In this document: positions 60,101-64,000 of the stretch, piece by piece | Position numbering within the stretch: position 1 is the stretch's first letter | Layout: the number at the start of each line of letters is the position of its first letter | NCBI RefSeq assembly: GCF_018977255.1 | Contig: NW_024704742.1 | Location: forward strand, 97,156,001 to 97,220,000 | Direction of reading: 5' to 3' | From: Callorhinchus milii | Taxonomy: Eukaryota | Length of the DNA stretch: 64,000 nt | Position numbers and translations under genes: made by a program | Notes under the pieces: generated by a model | Seen by the model: the letters and a program-made list of their open reading frames with translations, nothing else | What the model was told of the DNA's origin: nothing | The model's database searches: none

Positions 60101-62665
60101 AGTGAACAGGGGAGGCTGTTGGTAGTGGAACAAGGATAATAAATTTATAAATAATAATAATCCTGATGATCCTGAAGTAAAAGGTGGATTTACCAGAGCC
60201 GTGGTTTGTAAGGATAGTAGACTTCACTCAGGTCCAGCCAGAAATGCTGATGAATTGTGAGGCCAGAATTGAGCCACACGCATTCAGCCAGCATGCACAT
60301 TGGATTTTAGGGAGCAGAGGTGGCTATTGTACCGGGGAGTTTGGGAGAGGGAGATCAAGATGTGATAGGAGCAAAATTATTGGCAATAGCAACAAGGGAG
60401 CTTTGCACAAGACCGACAAGAGGTAAGGTAAGGTCAGATAGAGAGCCAGGGAAGAAGAAATAAATAACCTACCTTACAACTACTGGGGGTTCATAAGACT
60501 CTAGAAGGGTTGTAAGGGAGGTTATTCATTTCCAGGAACAGAAAGTGATGGTCACCAGTTTGTTGGTACAGACAGGAAGGTGATAAAAGAAATGAAGAAG
60601 CGGTCAGAAATGGCTGTCAGAGTTGGACGCCTTTTCTAATGACCAAGTCAGGGATTGGCCATGGATGTGGCTATGGGAGTTGATGTGGAGGGAGAGGTTG
60701 AGGGAGGAGAGCAGGGAGAAGAAAATCAGCAGGAATGGGCTTGGCCAGAAGAACTGGAGGTTAAAATATGAAGGTTTATGCAATTATGAAACACGCACCT
60801 AGCTAATACAAGGTAGTCTCTTAACTTCCCTTTGCATTATCTATGCATCCACAGATTACACGTGCCTCTTCCTTTTACTTCCTATATGCAATACCTTGCA
60901 TTTATTTGTATTGATTTTCATTAGCCAATAATTGGTCCATGTACATACATGGTTAAGTTCTCTTTGTACATCCTGGTGATCTCTTAATTCACATCCCCAA
61001 CTTGGAGCCATTTCCAAAATTGACCACCTTGCATACAATCTGATACCTCCAGTCATTTATGTGCTGATGGAAGAGTCCCAGCAAAGACCTCTGAGAGATT
61101 CCACTCAATATTTTTTCCAGTCCATAGTATTTCCTCATGACTACTCTCTGCTTTCTTCTCTTTAGACAATTGCCAATGTTTCACCCTTGATACCTACTCA
61201 CTATGTCCATTGTTCAGGCTGCCAATCCATCAGATTATTTGGTCATTTGGTCAGTTGGTCATGAGATCTGGCTGAAATACATTTGCTTATGTATCTTCAT
61301 GTGAAAAGACTCCATTAAAAAAACACGCTTCTTTCCTTGGAAGCCTAACTATATGATGTTATATTCTTCACAAATCTTCTCCTTTGCTTCTTAAATACCC
61401 TGGAATAGTTTCATCTGCTACAATGATTCATTGATTATCTGCGACAATATCTATCCAGAACCTCTGACTTGTTAATGTCAAAATGGAGTTCAAACAACTC
61501 ATGCTGAATGTGGCTGCATAGTTAGTTATATATTATGGTTACCATCTCTCATTTGTCCTCATTTTAAACTCTTGTGAGTCCCTTAGGGTTGGTTTTAAAT
61601 TTCTCCCCAACTACTTTCTTGCTGTTATAATGGAAGATTTTATATCTGCTCCAATGTCCCTTTCCAAAGGAAACAATAAATTATAATGATTAGTTCTTGG
61701 GAAAATAGTGAGGGTAGATACCTACCCCATAATAGATTAATAGAACAACAACAACAAATAACACTTGTATAGCGCCCTTCCCATCGGAAAGATATCCTAG
61801 GGCGCTGGACAATCAGGGGTTTTGGACCTGAGCTGGGAGTTGGGGTCAGAAGGATGAGTGTGTTAATTTACCATTGCTATTATGATATCCTGGTGTGTTA
61901 AGGATACAAAAATCCCAATCCACATTATTACAAGGCACCATAGACTGTACAAAGCGGGAAGTGGTATTTTGGTTAAATAATGAATGACCTGGATCTTGAC
62001 TGTTAGTGTAAAAGTCCTGTTATTTTAGCTAAAAGTCTTCCAGCACATATGAAGCTAGCAGGCTGGCTGCACGCATGCTTAATGAATGGCATCCACAAGA
62101 GTATTTGCATTATAAACAAATTTGTTCCACCATGAAGTACATTATAAGCTGGACTGCACTATATATTGCTACTTTCCATATTTCAGCTAATGTCATCAAC
62201 CGTAGCTTGGATATAACATCTTCTCTCTTCAGTGTTAGAAAAGATAATCACATTTACTTTAATCTTTTCTTCTTAGTTGAGCATTATCATTAAAAGAAAA
62301 GCTGTTGATCACTCATATTCACCATTTTCCTGCATTATTGTGACAAGGAACATTTGGTTTATATTTCCTATATGGCAGATTTCGTGACATCATATCGACA
62401 GATCCAAGCAGTTCCATGATACTGACGTACTGTTAAAAGAATAAAAAAAAGTCAGTTATCCTTTCAAAATGAAAGGTATGTATTCATGAAGAGATAAAAC
62501 AAACAGCTCCAATGGTTCTTAAATATGATTCTAGTACCTGAGGTCTTTTGAGTTCCATGGCGATATCTTGTAGTTTTACTTCCAAGTTAGTTTTTGGTGA
62601 AGTAAAGTCAATGTCTCCTCTGGGATTCATCTCCAATTTAGCTCTGGCAGATATTGGCCGAAAAA
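1..62665 (-). CDS. VPS13A: VPS13A/chorein, partial multi-exon gene (44 coding exons in window; both ends outside window)
   Basis: Spliced translation resembles VPS13A as I recall it, e.g. FRPISARAKLEMNP, LMTPEEKSKLYAAIGYSE, IKAPVVVIPQSPVS..VADFGLI, EEEFFDAP, SPYWMLNKTGRMLQYKAD. All junctions are GT/AG and in phase. VPS13A rather than VPS13C is judged from remembered motifs, not a search. Confidence 0.93.
750..1060 (+). repeat. Unclassified interspersed repeat (family X), copy 1
   Basis: Shares blocks such as tcctagctggagaagcagcaggaa and ctaataatctctggcattaggtaa with the copies at about 22215, 24335, 26330 and 41230. Confidence 0.65.
1101..1599. mobile_element. Non-autonomous Tc1/mariner-type (pogo/Tigger-like) MITE, about 500 bp
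   Basis: 20-bp TIRs cagtaaaacttgcataagtc (1101-1120) and gacttatgcgatttttactg (1580-1599), 2 mismatches. Related ends elsewhere are flanked by TA. Confidence 0.75.
1853..1982 (-). CDS. VPS13A: VPS13A exon 43/44
   Basis: tttag|CSTEKATELPPGKAMYYTWEDLTGCRTL..AVE|gtacgt; 130 nt. Confidence 0.88.
3095..3260 (+). mobile_element. Penelope-like element terminal remnant carrying a minimal hammerhead motif
   Basis: CTGACGA..GAAACGTT core followed by gctgcctgatctgctg..cccagcaacttct; this distal block recurs at about 19720-19780. Confidence 0.55.
3674..3807 (-). CDS. VPS13A: VPS13A exon 42/44
   Basis: tacag|FGGIIVDVHLAEHSTVITFSDYHEGAATFLIINHT..HQ|gtaca; 134 nt. Confidence 0.92.
4250..4378 (-). CDS. 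VPS13A: VPS13A exon 41/44
   Basis: attag|CVPFWPDK..NKQENYALLRLDNK|gtaag; 129 nt. Confidence 0.92.
5071..5217 (-). CDS. VPS13A: VPS13A exon 40/44
   Basis: aatag|VGVKIDTTSFNLTRIATFTPFY..SNQ|gtaat; 147 nt. Confidence 0.92.
5565..6285 (+). mobile_element. CR1 3' tail interrupted by an antisense CR1
   Basis: 5565-5610 and 6198-6285 are contiguous in the uninterrupted tail at 51245-51385. Confidence 0.75.
5611..6197 (-). mobile_element. CR1 LINE 3' fragment
   Basis: ORF [58 protein letters not shown] is a CR1 ORF2 C-terminus. Confidence 0.9.
6857..6961 (-). CDS. VPS13A: VPS13A exon 39/44
   Basis: ggcag|VQLRITDSNLSDEFSLDTVASYGCVKCKGMKKEYQ|gtaag; 105 nt. Confidence 0.92.
7462..7615 (-). mobile_element. 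Short L2 3' end with (TTG)n tail
   Basis: Near-identical to 63055-63210. Confidence 0.85.
8035..8430 (-). CDS. VPS13A: VPS13A exon 38/44
   Basis: ttaaag|EHTKQTVTLEEGHSAQL..YSPYWMLNKTGRMLQYKAD..FHKNK|gtagg; 396 nt. Confidence 0.9.
8804..8945 (+). pseudogene. Diverged 28S rRNA fragment
   Basis: ttcctatcattgtgaagcagaat-caccaagcattggattattcacccactaatag..gtgagacaagttagttt-acc..actgatgatgtgtt matches conserved 3'-half LSU rRNA sequence as I recall it, with substitutions and indels. Confidence 0.85.
8992..9305 (-). mobile_element. tRNA-derived SINE with L2-type tail
   Basis: GGAGTCCTGTAG head with A/B boxes, shared body and (ATT)n end; same family as 10330, 24625, 31548, 35705 and 56226. Confidence 0.88.
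9523..9826 (-). CDS. VPS13A: VPS13A exon 37/44
   Basis: ttcag|SDLCFQ..YVLHLWPPAILQNLLPY..KWE|gtaagt; 304 nt. Confidence 0.88.
10330..10640 (-). mobile_element. tRNA-derived SINE
   Basis: gtagctcagtggttagagc..ggattcaattcc head, shared 3' body and (ATT)n tail. Confidence 0.88.
10996..11111 (-). CDS. VPS13A: VPS13A exon 36/44
   Basis: tacag|VKNHFTVPFNVFE..EFNLPLPSY|gtatg; 116 nt. Confidence 0.9.
11480..12310 (+). mobile_element. Older L2 fragment interrupted by a younger L2 (11719-12130)
   Basis: Older copy stops at ccttgctccctccctt and resumes at cctccttcagggcacg after the younger copy's (TTG)n tail. Confidence 0.8.
12430..12590 (-). CDS. VPS13A: VPS13A exon 35/44
   Basis: tgcag|PQGHSTAEQIPLTKLGRRMY..GSKIITIRSPLQ|gtaca; 161 nt. 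Confidence 0.9.
12900..13340 (-). mobile_element. L2 3' fragment (diverged)
   Basis: Frame WLIPQRIEFKIHVLIFESLHSLAPPYL; L2 tail motif. Confidence 0.8.
13650..14025 (+). mobile_element. DeuSINE-like (SacSINE1/AmnSINE1-type core) SINE
   Basis: ggttcaaacccc B box, then gtgccatcctttggatga..ttaaagaacgcatggtgctatt..tcctggccaa, resembling the Deu core as I recall it. Confidence 0.7.
14209..14473 (-). CDS. VPS13A: VPS13A exon 34/44
   Basis: tctag|AFAEAASQTA..APFAVKNSLG..LFYISL|gtaaga; 265 nt. Confidence 0.9.
16220..17125 (+). mobile_element. L2 LINE 3' fragment with RT C-terminus (frameshifted)
   Basis: MYVDDTQLY..FLQLNISKTE..VRNLGVLFD; FVTSRLDYGNSLL; HWLSIPHRIEFKIL. Confidence 0.92.
18066..18224 (-). 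CDS. VPS13A: VPS13A exon 33/44
   Basis: ttcag|IKKKV..VPEYKTVINISSKDQLNITLSKCGL..LGM|gtaag; 159 nt. Confidence 0.9.
19848..19949 (-). CDS. VPS13A: VPS13A exon 32/44
   Basis: ggtag|VHYYNEVLAVWEPLLEPLE..PWELWIK|gtttgt; 102 nt. Confidence 0.92.
21410..21769 (-). CDS. VPS13A: VPS13A exon 31/44
   Basis: cctag|VSPVIINTVLTITSAL..TLEAGVGHRTIPMLLAKS..LTSE|gtagg; 360 nt. Confidence 0.92.
21867..21959 (-). CDS. VPS13A: VPS13A exon 30/44
   Basis: accag|VLQPCDLFFQS..LLMLK|gtaagt; 93 nt. Confidence 0.9.
22215..22455 (+). repeat. Family X repeat, copy 2
   Basis: ttccagacactggaaa..tctggttcgaatattcttaagca is shared with the 26330-26470 (minus) and 42000-42115 copies. Confidence 0.65.
22598..22827 (-). CDS. 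VPS13A: VPS13A exon 29/44
   Basis: tccag|PAQATSK..NPEIVFVADLT..LACPF..TAT|gtgtgc; 230 nt. Confidence 0.88.
22913..23133 (-). CDS. VPS13A: VPS13A exon 28/44
   Basis: ttcag|MLEMKM..VYLCASMEFLLTVTDFF..KDK|gttag; 221 nt. Confidence 0.9.
23943..24115 (-). CDS. VPS13A: VPS13A exon 27/44
   Basis: atcag|MAIPEQKR..DGSMNAVVKLSNCMLDDKR..KS|gtgat; 173 nt. Confidence 0.88.
24335..24520 (+). repeat. Family X repeat, copy 3
   Basis: aagccaaacccctaatgggtagg..tagctggacaagcagtgggaa matches 41810-41860. Confidence 0.65.
24625..24965 (-). mobile_element. tRNA-derived SINE (long form)
   Basis: Full head, middle segment and tail; ATGATA on both sides is a possible TSD. Confidence 0.88.
24966..25080. repeat. 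115-bp inverted repeat (54-bp arms, 7-nt loop)
   Basis: Arms 24966-25019 and 25027-25080 are complementary at 46/54 positions by hand count. Confidence 0.9.
25520..25644 (-). CDS. VPS13A: VPS13A exon 26/44
   Basis: ttcag|RTVVTAAVVETQKP..LDFQLDELSLVLDSQALDP|gtaaa; 125 nt. Confidence 0.88.
26330..26760 (-). repeat. Family X repeat, copy 4 (longest)
   Basis: Reverse complement contains all blocks seen in the other copies. Confidence 0.65.
27142..27289 (-). CDS. VPS13A: VPS13A exon 25/44
   Basis: tgcag|FVLSQEDLIIVLKTLNENL..QNSA|gtttga; 148 nt. The donor is weak but the phase fits. Confidence 0.83.
28045..28192 (-). CDS. VPS13A: VPS13A exon 24/44
   Basis: atcag|TVFHNK..LQPVNL..KRNLAATWYHEMPDIEITGILKPMS|gtaagt; 148 nt. 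Confidence 0.92.
28490..28772. mobile_element. Right part of the pogo/Tigger-like MITE
   Basis: Interior similar to 1265-1570; ends caagttttactg followed by TA. Confidence 0.65.
29567..29874 (-). CDS. VPS13A: VPS13A exon 23/44
   Basis: cttag|DFINIFQAGKEA..IKAPVVVIPQSPVS..LSELKLY|gtaaa; 308 nt. Confidence 0.93.
30986..31153 (-). CDS. VPS13A: VPS13A exon 22/44
   Basis: ttcag|AVSITGKEVFNFKM..TVGCIQVIFVKKFISSVL|gtaagg; 168 nt. Confidence 0.92.
31548..31865 (+). mobile_element. tRNA-derived SINE nested in an antisense DeuSINE-like copy (31340-31925)
   Basis: AAACT duplicated at 31543-31547 and 31866-31870; host element resumes after the insertion. Confidence 0.88.
33109..33212 (-). CDS. VPS13A: VPS13A exon 21/44
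   Basis: aatag|LDAEVIQKKK..LKNIVAVDSDERALYRK|gtatt; 104 nt. Confidence 0.9.
33880..33996 (-). CDS. VPS13A: VPS13A exon 20/44
   Basis: ttcag|SKPAKFEDVINLHVFAELACLRIFIQ..ISEISIE|gtaaat; 117 nt. Confidence 0.9.
34330..34583. mobile_element. hAT (Charlie-like) MITE
   Basis: Imperfect TIRs caggagtccccaa / ttggagaccgcag; 8-bp flanks ctctaaag / ctttaaag (7/8). Confidence 0.65.
34354..34367 (+). promoter_or_regulatory. CTCF consensus motif (candidate)
   Basis: CCACTAGGTGGCGC fits CCASYAGRKGGCRS; binding untested. Confidence 0.5.
35112..35280 (-). CDS. VPS13A: VPS13A exon 19/44
   Basis: tacag|INFSSLDAHLHTEALLSSINFL..PSKTT|gtaaga; 169 nt. A same-phase alternative GT lies 12 nt upstream. Confidence 0.87.
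35705..36087 (+). mobile_element. tRNA-derived SINE (long form)
   Basis: Head with ctcgc-ctCGCaa-gcgag arm, B box, shared tail, (ATT)n. Confidence 0.88.
36300..36650 (-). mobile_element. DeuSINE-like SINE
   Basis: Reverse complement contains ccgtccttcggatgagacattaaaac..ttaaaaatccaatggcactatt..gtgtcctggccaa. Confidence 0.72.
36911..36970 (-). CDS. VPS13A: VPS13A exon 18/44
   Basis: tttag|ADRNGPEFKTTYRNTEQLIK|gtaaa; 60 nt. Confidence 0.9.
37050..37129 (-). CDS. VPS13A: VPS13A exon 17/44
   Basis: tttag|TENKPIYIITTLDNFEDDLLSIEYTK|gtatg; 80 nt. Confidence 0.9.
37220..37615 (-). mobile_element. L2 3' fragment
   Basis: PTIGGRAFSLSAPTFWNSIP..SFKAGLKT frame; (TTG)n tail. Confidence 0.9.
38014..38170 (-). 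CDS. VPS13A: VPS13A exon 16/44
   Basis: tccag|VSVGICR..GLGTELKIRTYDMTA..CPEHI|gtaag; 157 nt. Confidence 0.9.
38348..39075. repeat. G-rich minisatellite and polypurine tract followed by a polypyrimidine tract
   Basis: (G)nTGAGAGTGCGCG units at about 38400-38530; strand composition flips near 38795. Confidence 0.9.
39078..39960 (-). mobile_element. L2 LINE fragment with RT core (degraded)
   Basis: [40 protein letters not shown]. Confidence 0.9.
40699..40871 (-). CDS. VPS13A: VPS13A exon 15/44 (FFAT motif)
   Basis: catag|SEEEFFDAPSSP..MTEFQMEFEITK|gtaat; 173 nt. Confidence 0.9.
41310..41800 (+). mobile_element. Young L2 3' fragment inserted in a family X repeat (41230-42115)
   Basis: Near-identical to the reverse complement of 63055-63550; flanks rejoin as family X. 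Confidence 0.9.
42795..42882 (-). CDS. VPS13A: VPS13A exon 14/44 (poorly conserved linker)
   Basis: tttag|VHKSPPNMTPRSVQRASIRNVYSSLISVA|gtgaga; 88 nt. Phase 0 in, phase 1 out, exactly bridging its neighbours. Confidence 0.8.
43201..43333 (-). CDS. VPS13A: VPS13A exon 13/44
   Basis: aatag|FKLYGGFSLLSFCISDEK..LIDSIPTP..TLQ|gtatg; 133 nt. Confidence 0.88.
44420..44710 (-). mobile_element. DeuSINE-like SINE
   Basis: Reverse complement has B box ggttcaaatccc, Deu-like core and shared 3' body. Confidence 0.7.
46520..46637 (-). CDS. VPS13A: VPS13A exon 12/44
   Basis: tttag|ENWKEARK..HILEPMDLKLEFSRAMVISDARMP|gtatgt; 118 nt. Confidence 0.92.
46693..46985 (+). mobile_element. Tx1/L1-clade LINE ORF2 internal fragment (frameshifted)
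   Basis: Segments FASEASKVIF, EQDETCSRFLFQK, SSVISVLRDE, IARAFYAD and STASRDFLTALPEVLD resemble the EN-RT linker of Tx1-like elements as I recall it. Confidence 0.7.
47618..47750 (-). CDS. VPS13A: VPS13A exon 11/44
   Basis: gttag|MMSRSRTNLPQL..RAYDTFDMQLSSIQLLYAKP|gtatgt; 133 nt. Confidence 0.92.
47879..48035. mobile_element. Left part of the pogo/Tigger-like MITE
   Basis: TA followed by cagtaaaactcacataagtcat; similar to 1101-1218. Confidence 0.65.
48692..48828 (-). CDS. VPS13A: VPS13A exon 10/44
   Basis: tacag|LMYIIETQKVIDFKINL..LILDLGHLK|gtaagt; 137 nt. Confidence 0.92.
49052..51386 (+). mobile_element. 5'-truncated CR1 LINE, about 2.3 kb, disrupted ORF2
   Basis: EN end (LDLVL..SDHN), RT motifs NYRPVSLTSVVGK, YLDFQKAFDKVPH and SGVPQGSVLGP; FADD mutated to FVDG; stops and frameshifts; CR1 3' tail. 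Confidence 0.95.
51585..51960 (-). mobile_element. CR1 3' end
   Basis: acataggaacataggaacaggaataggccattcagcccctcgagcc is the reverse complement of a CR1 tail. Confidence 0.8.
53565..53679 (-). CDS. VPS13A: VPS13A exon 9/44
   Basis: aacag|RSVNSLVGFFQTP..LTSATLMKLEEFRDRTAT|gtaaa; 115 nt. Confidence 0.9.
54108..54309 (-). CDS. VPS13A: VPS13A exon 8/44
   Basis: tatag|LEAQINTFEVTG..FETNPLDENADQRLRVGSQPLEIVYDA|gtaagt; 202 nt. Confidence 0.92.
55872..56014 (-). CDS. VPS13A: VPS13A exon 7/44
   Basis: tctag|YEALKIYVSLQSMS..LTQRPGAQAI|gtagg; 143 nt. Confidence 0.9.
56226..56637 (-). mobile_element. tRNA-derived SINE with a 64-bp L2 tail inserted
   Basis: SINE head, body and tail present; AAGAC duplicated at 56264-56268 and 56333-56337. 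Confidence 0.8.
56750..57105 (-). mobile_element. L2 3' fragment
   Basis: Similar to 37220-37615. Confidence 0.88.
57589..57683 (-). CDS. VPS13A: VPS13A exon 6/44
   Basis: ttcag|ISELMTPEEKSKLYAAIGYSEAAVDPTVPKR|gtatgt; 95 nt. Confidence 0.92.
59014..59143 (-). CDS. VPS13A: VPS13A exon 5/44
   Basis: tttag|AMKAGFKIYRPG..GGWFDWMWNWG..KT|gtaaa; 130 nt. Confidence 0.9.
59402..59464 (-). CDS. VPS13A: VPS13A exon 4/44
   Basis: ttcag|ELEEDLDLFNITLARQQAEME|gtattt; 63 nt. Confidence 0.9.
59734..59905 (-). CDS. VPS13A: VPS13A exon 3/44
   Basis: attag|WKYAINGILEEDVKP..DLVQEID|gttagt; 172 nt. Confidence 0.9.
60860..61200 (-). mobile_element. Degraded CR1-type RT fragment
   Basis: WTNYWLMKINTNKCKVLHIG frame. 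Confidence 0.6.
62323..62429 (-). CDS. VPS13A: VPS13A exon 2/44
   Basis: aacag|YVSIMELLGSVDMMSRNLPYRKYKPNVPCHNNAGK|gtgaat; 107 nt. Confidence 0.9.
62538..62665 (-). CDS. VPS13A: VPS13A exon 1/44 in window
   Basis: caatag|..FRPISARAKLEMNPRGDIDFTSPKTNLEVKLQDIAMELKRPQ|gtac; 128 nt. Confidence 0.9.
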
Positions 62666-62689
62666 CTATTGAAAAAAAACGTAGTTTGA

Positions 62690-62932
62690 GTAGGGGAGAG
62701 GGCAGGGGAGAGAGGGGAGGGGGAAAGGGGAGAGGGTGGGAGCCAACCTTTGGCTCCTGCCGCTGCAGAGATGATGTTCACTAAAGTGGGAGCGAGTGAA
62801 TTGGAATGTTGGAAATGGTCTCGGGCCGGATCCGGCCCGTGGGCCGCCAGCTGGACCATGCTGGATGCAGCCCATGGACCTTTCTCAAATAGGAAATCCG
62901 ACCCTCGGCAGCCAAAAGGTTGGACCACCCTG
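62690..62932. mobile_element. hAT-like non-autonomous element end(s) with purine-rich interior
   Basis: gggccggatccggcccgtgggccgcc..g and cagccaaaaggttggaccaccctg termini; the latter recurs inverted at about 48245-48293 next to a CT tract. Confidence 0.55.
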
Positions 62933-63054
62933 TCGTAGATAGTGAAAATTTATGTTATTAATTCTTTGGGAGATATTCCACTACTCAGTGTTTCTATTAT
63001 GCAAATAGAAATTCAATGTTATCTACAAAATCACCAAATATATTCCTATGTCTA

Positions 63055-64000
63055 CAACAACAACAAGATTCCATTTATTGAGCGCCTTTCACGTCGGGAG
63101 GACGTCCCAAGGCGCTGTACAGTTGGGTCAGGACCCGAGCAAGGGGGAAATGGTCAGGGTGAGGGGAGGGAAGGGAGGGAGCGAGGAGGGGGTAGAGAGT
63201 CGAGAGGGGAGCTGAAGGAACAGTCAACGAGAAAGGTCTTGAGACCGGCCTTGAAGGAGGAGAGGGAGGAAGCAAGGCGAAGGCACTGGGGGATAGAGTT
63301 CCAGAGGCTAGGAGCTGAGAGGCTGAAGGCCCGTCCACCGATGGTAGGGCGGTTGGGGCGGAGGATGTGCAGCAGACCGGAGCCAGAGGAACGGAGGGTA
63401 CGGGCAGGTAAGTAGGGGGATAGTAGGTCGGAGAGGTAGGAGGGAGCGAGGCCGTGAATGGCCTTGTAGGTGAGGATGAGGATCTTGAATTCGATCCTCT
63501 GGGGGATGGGGAGCCAGTGGAGGCGAGCGAGGGTGGGAGTGATGTGGTCGCGAAGCTTGTGGAGGGAGGTGCCGGGAAGGCCGACGAGGAGAGAGTTCCC
63601 ATAGTCCAGCCTTGAGGTGATAAAGGCGTGGACCAGTTTCAGCAGCGTGAGGGGTGAGGTAGTGCCGTAGTCTGGCGACATTCCGGAGGTGATGGAAGGC
63701 GGTGCCAGTTGTGGCGCGGATATGGGGGAGAAAGGACAACTCAGGGTCGAAGAGAACCCCGAGGTTCCTGACTGGCTTTGAGAGGTGGAGAGTGCAGCCT
63801 TGGATGCTGATGCTGTCAGCGCCTGAGGTGCGGAGGCGCTGATACGAGCCAATCAGGAGGGCCTCAGTTTTGCGCACGTTGAGCTGGAGAAAGTTATCTC
63901 TCGTCCAGGACTCGATGTCGGACAGGCAGCTGTCAGGACATCGGTGGTCGTGGAGTTGAGGGTAGAGGAGGAAAGGTAGAGGTGGGTGTCATCCGCATAC
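63055..64000 (-). mobile_element. Young L2 LINE 3' portion (runs off the window)
   Basis: VRNLGVLFDPELSF, VHAFITSRLDYGNSLL, HWLPIPQRIEFKIL frames; (TTG)n tail. Confidence 0.95.

Noticed and set aside
1..62665. U12-type or non-canonical introns, or pseudogenisation of VPS13A
   Set aside because: All traced junctions are GT-AG with no GTATCC donors, and the spliced frame stays open
62942..63877. Several overlapping 150-230 aa ORFs
   Set aside because: Alternative frames of a GC-rich L2 copy
1..64000. CRISPR arrays, operons or prokaryotic defence systems
   Set aside because: The sequence is a spliced vertebrate gene; its repeats are dispersed TEs, not regularly spaced arrays

Overview
This is eukaryotic vertebrate genomic DNA. 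The repeat landscape suggests a cartilaginous fish, possibly a chimaera (inference). The whole window lies inside one minus-strand gene, VPS13A (chorein, a bridge-like lipid transfer protein). I traced 44 consecutive coding exons by hand, from 62665 down to the window edge at 1. All internal splice sites are GT..AG and phase-compatible, giving about 6.87 kb (about 2,290 codons) with no in-frame stop seen, including the FFAT motif EFFDAP. The start and stop codons lie outside the window. Introns are filled with L2 and CR1 LINE fragments, a tRNA-derived SINE with an L2-type tail, older DeuSINE-like copies, small DNA transposons and an unclassified repeat of about 450 bp. Items worth a second look are a minimal hammerhead-ribozyme motif, a 28S rRNA-derived fragment, a candidate poison micro-exon, a CTCF consensus inside a hAT element, two long hairpins and several nested insertions. 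I found no convincing novel multi-gene system.
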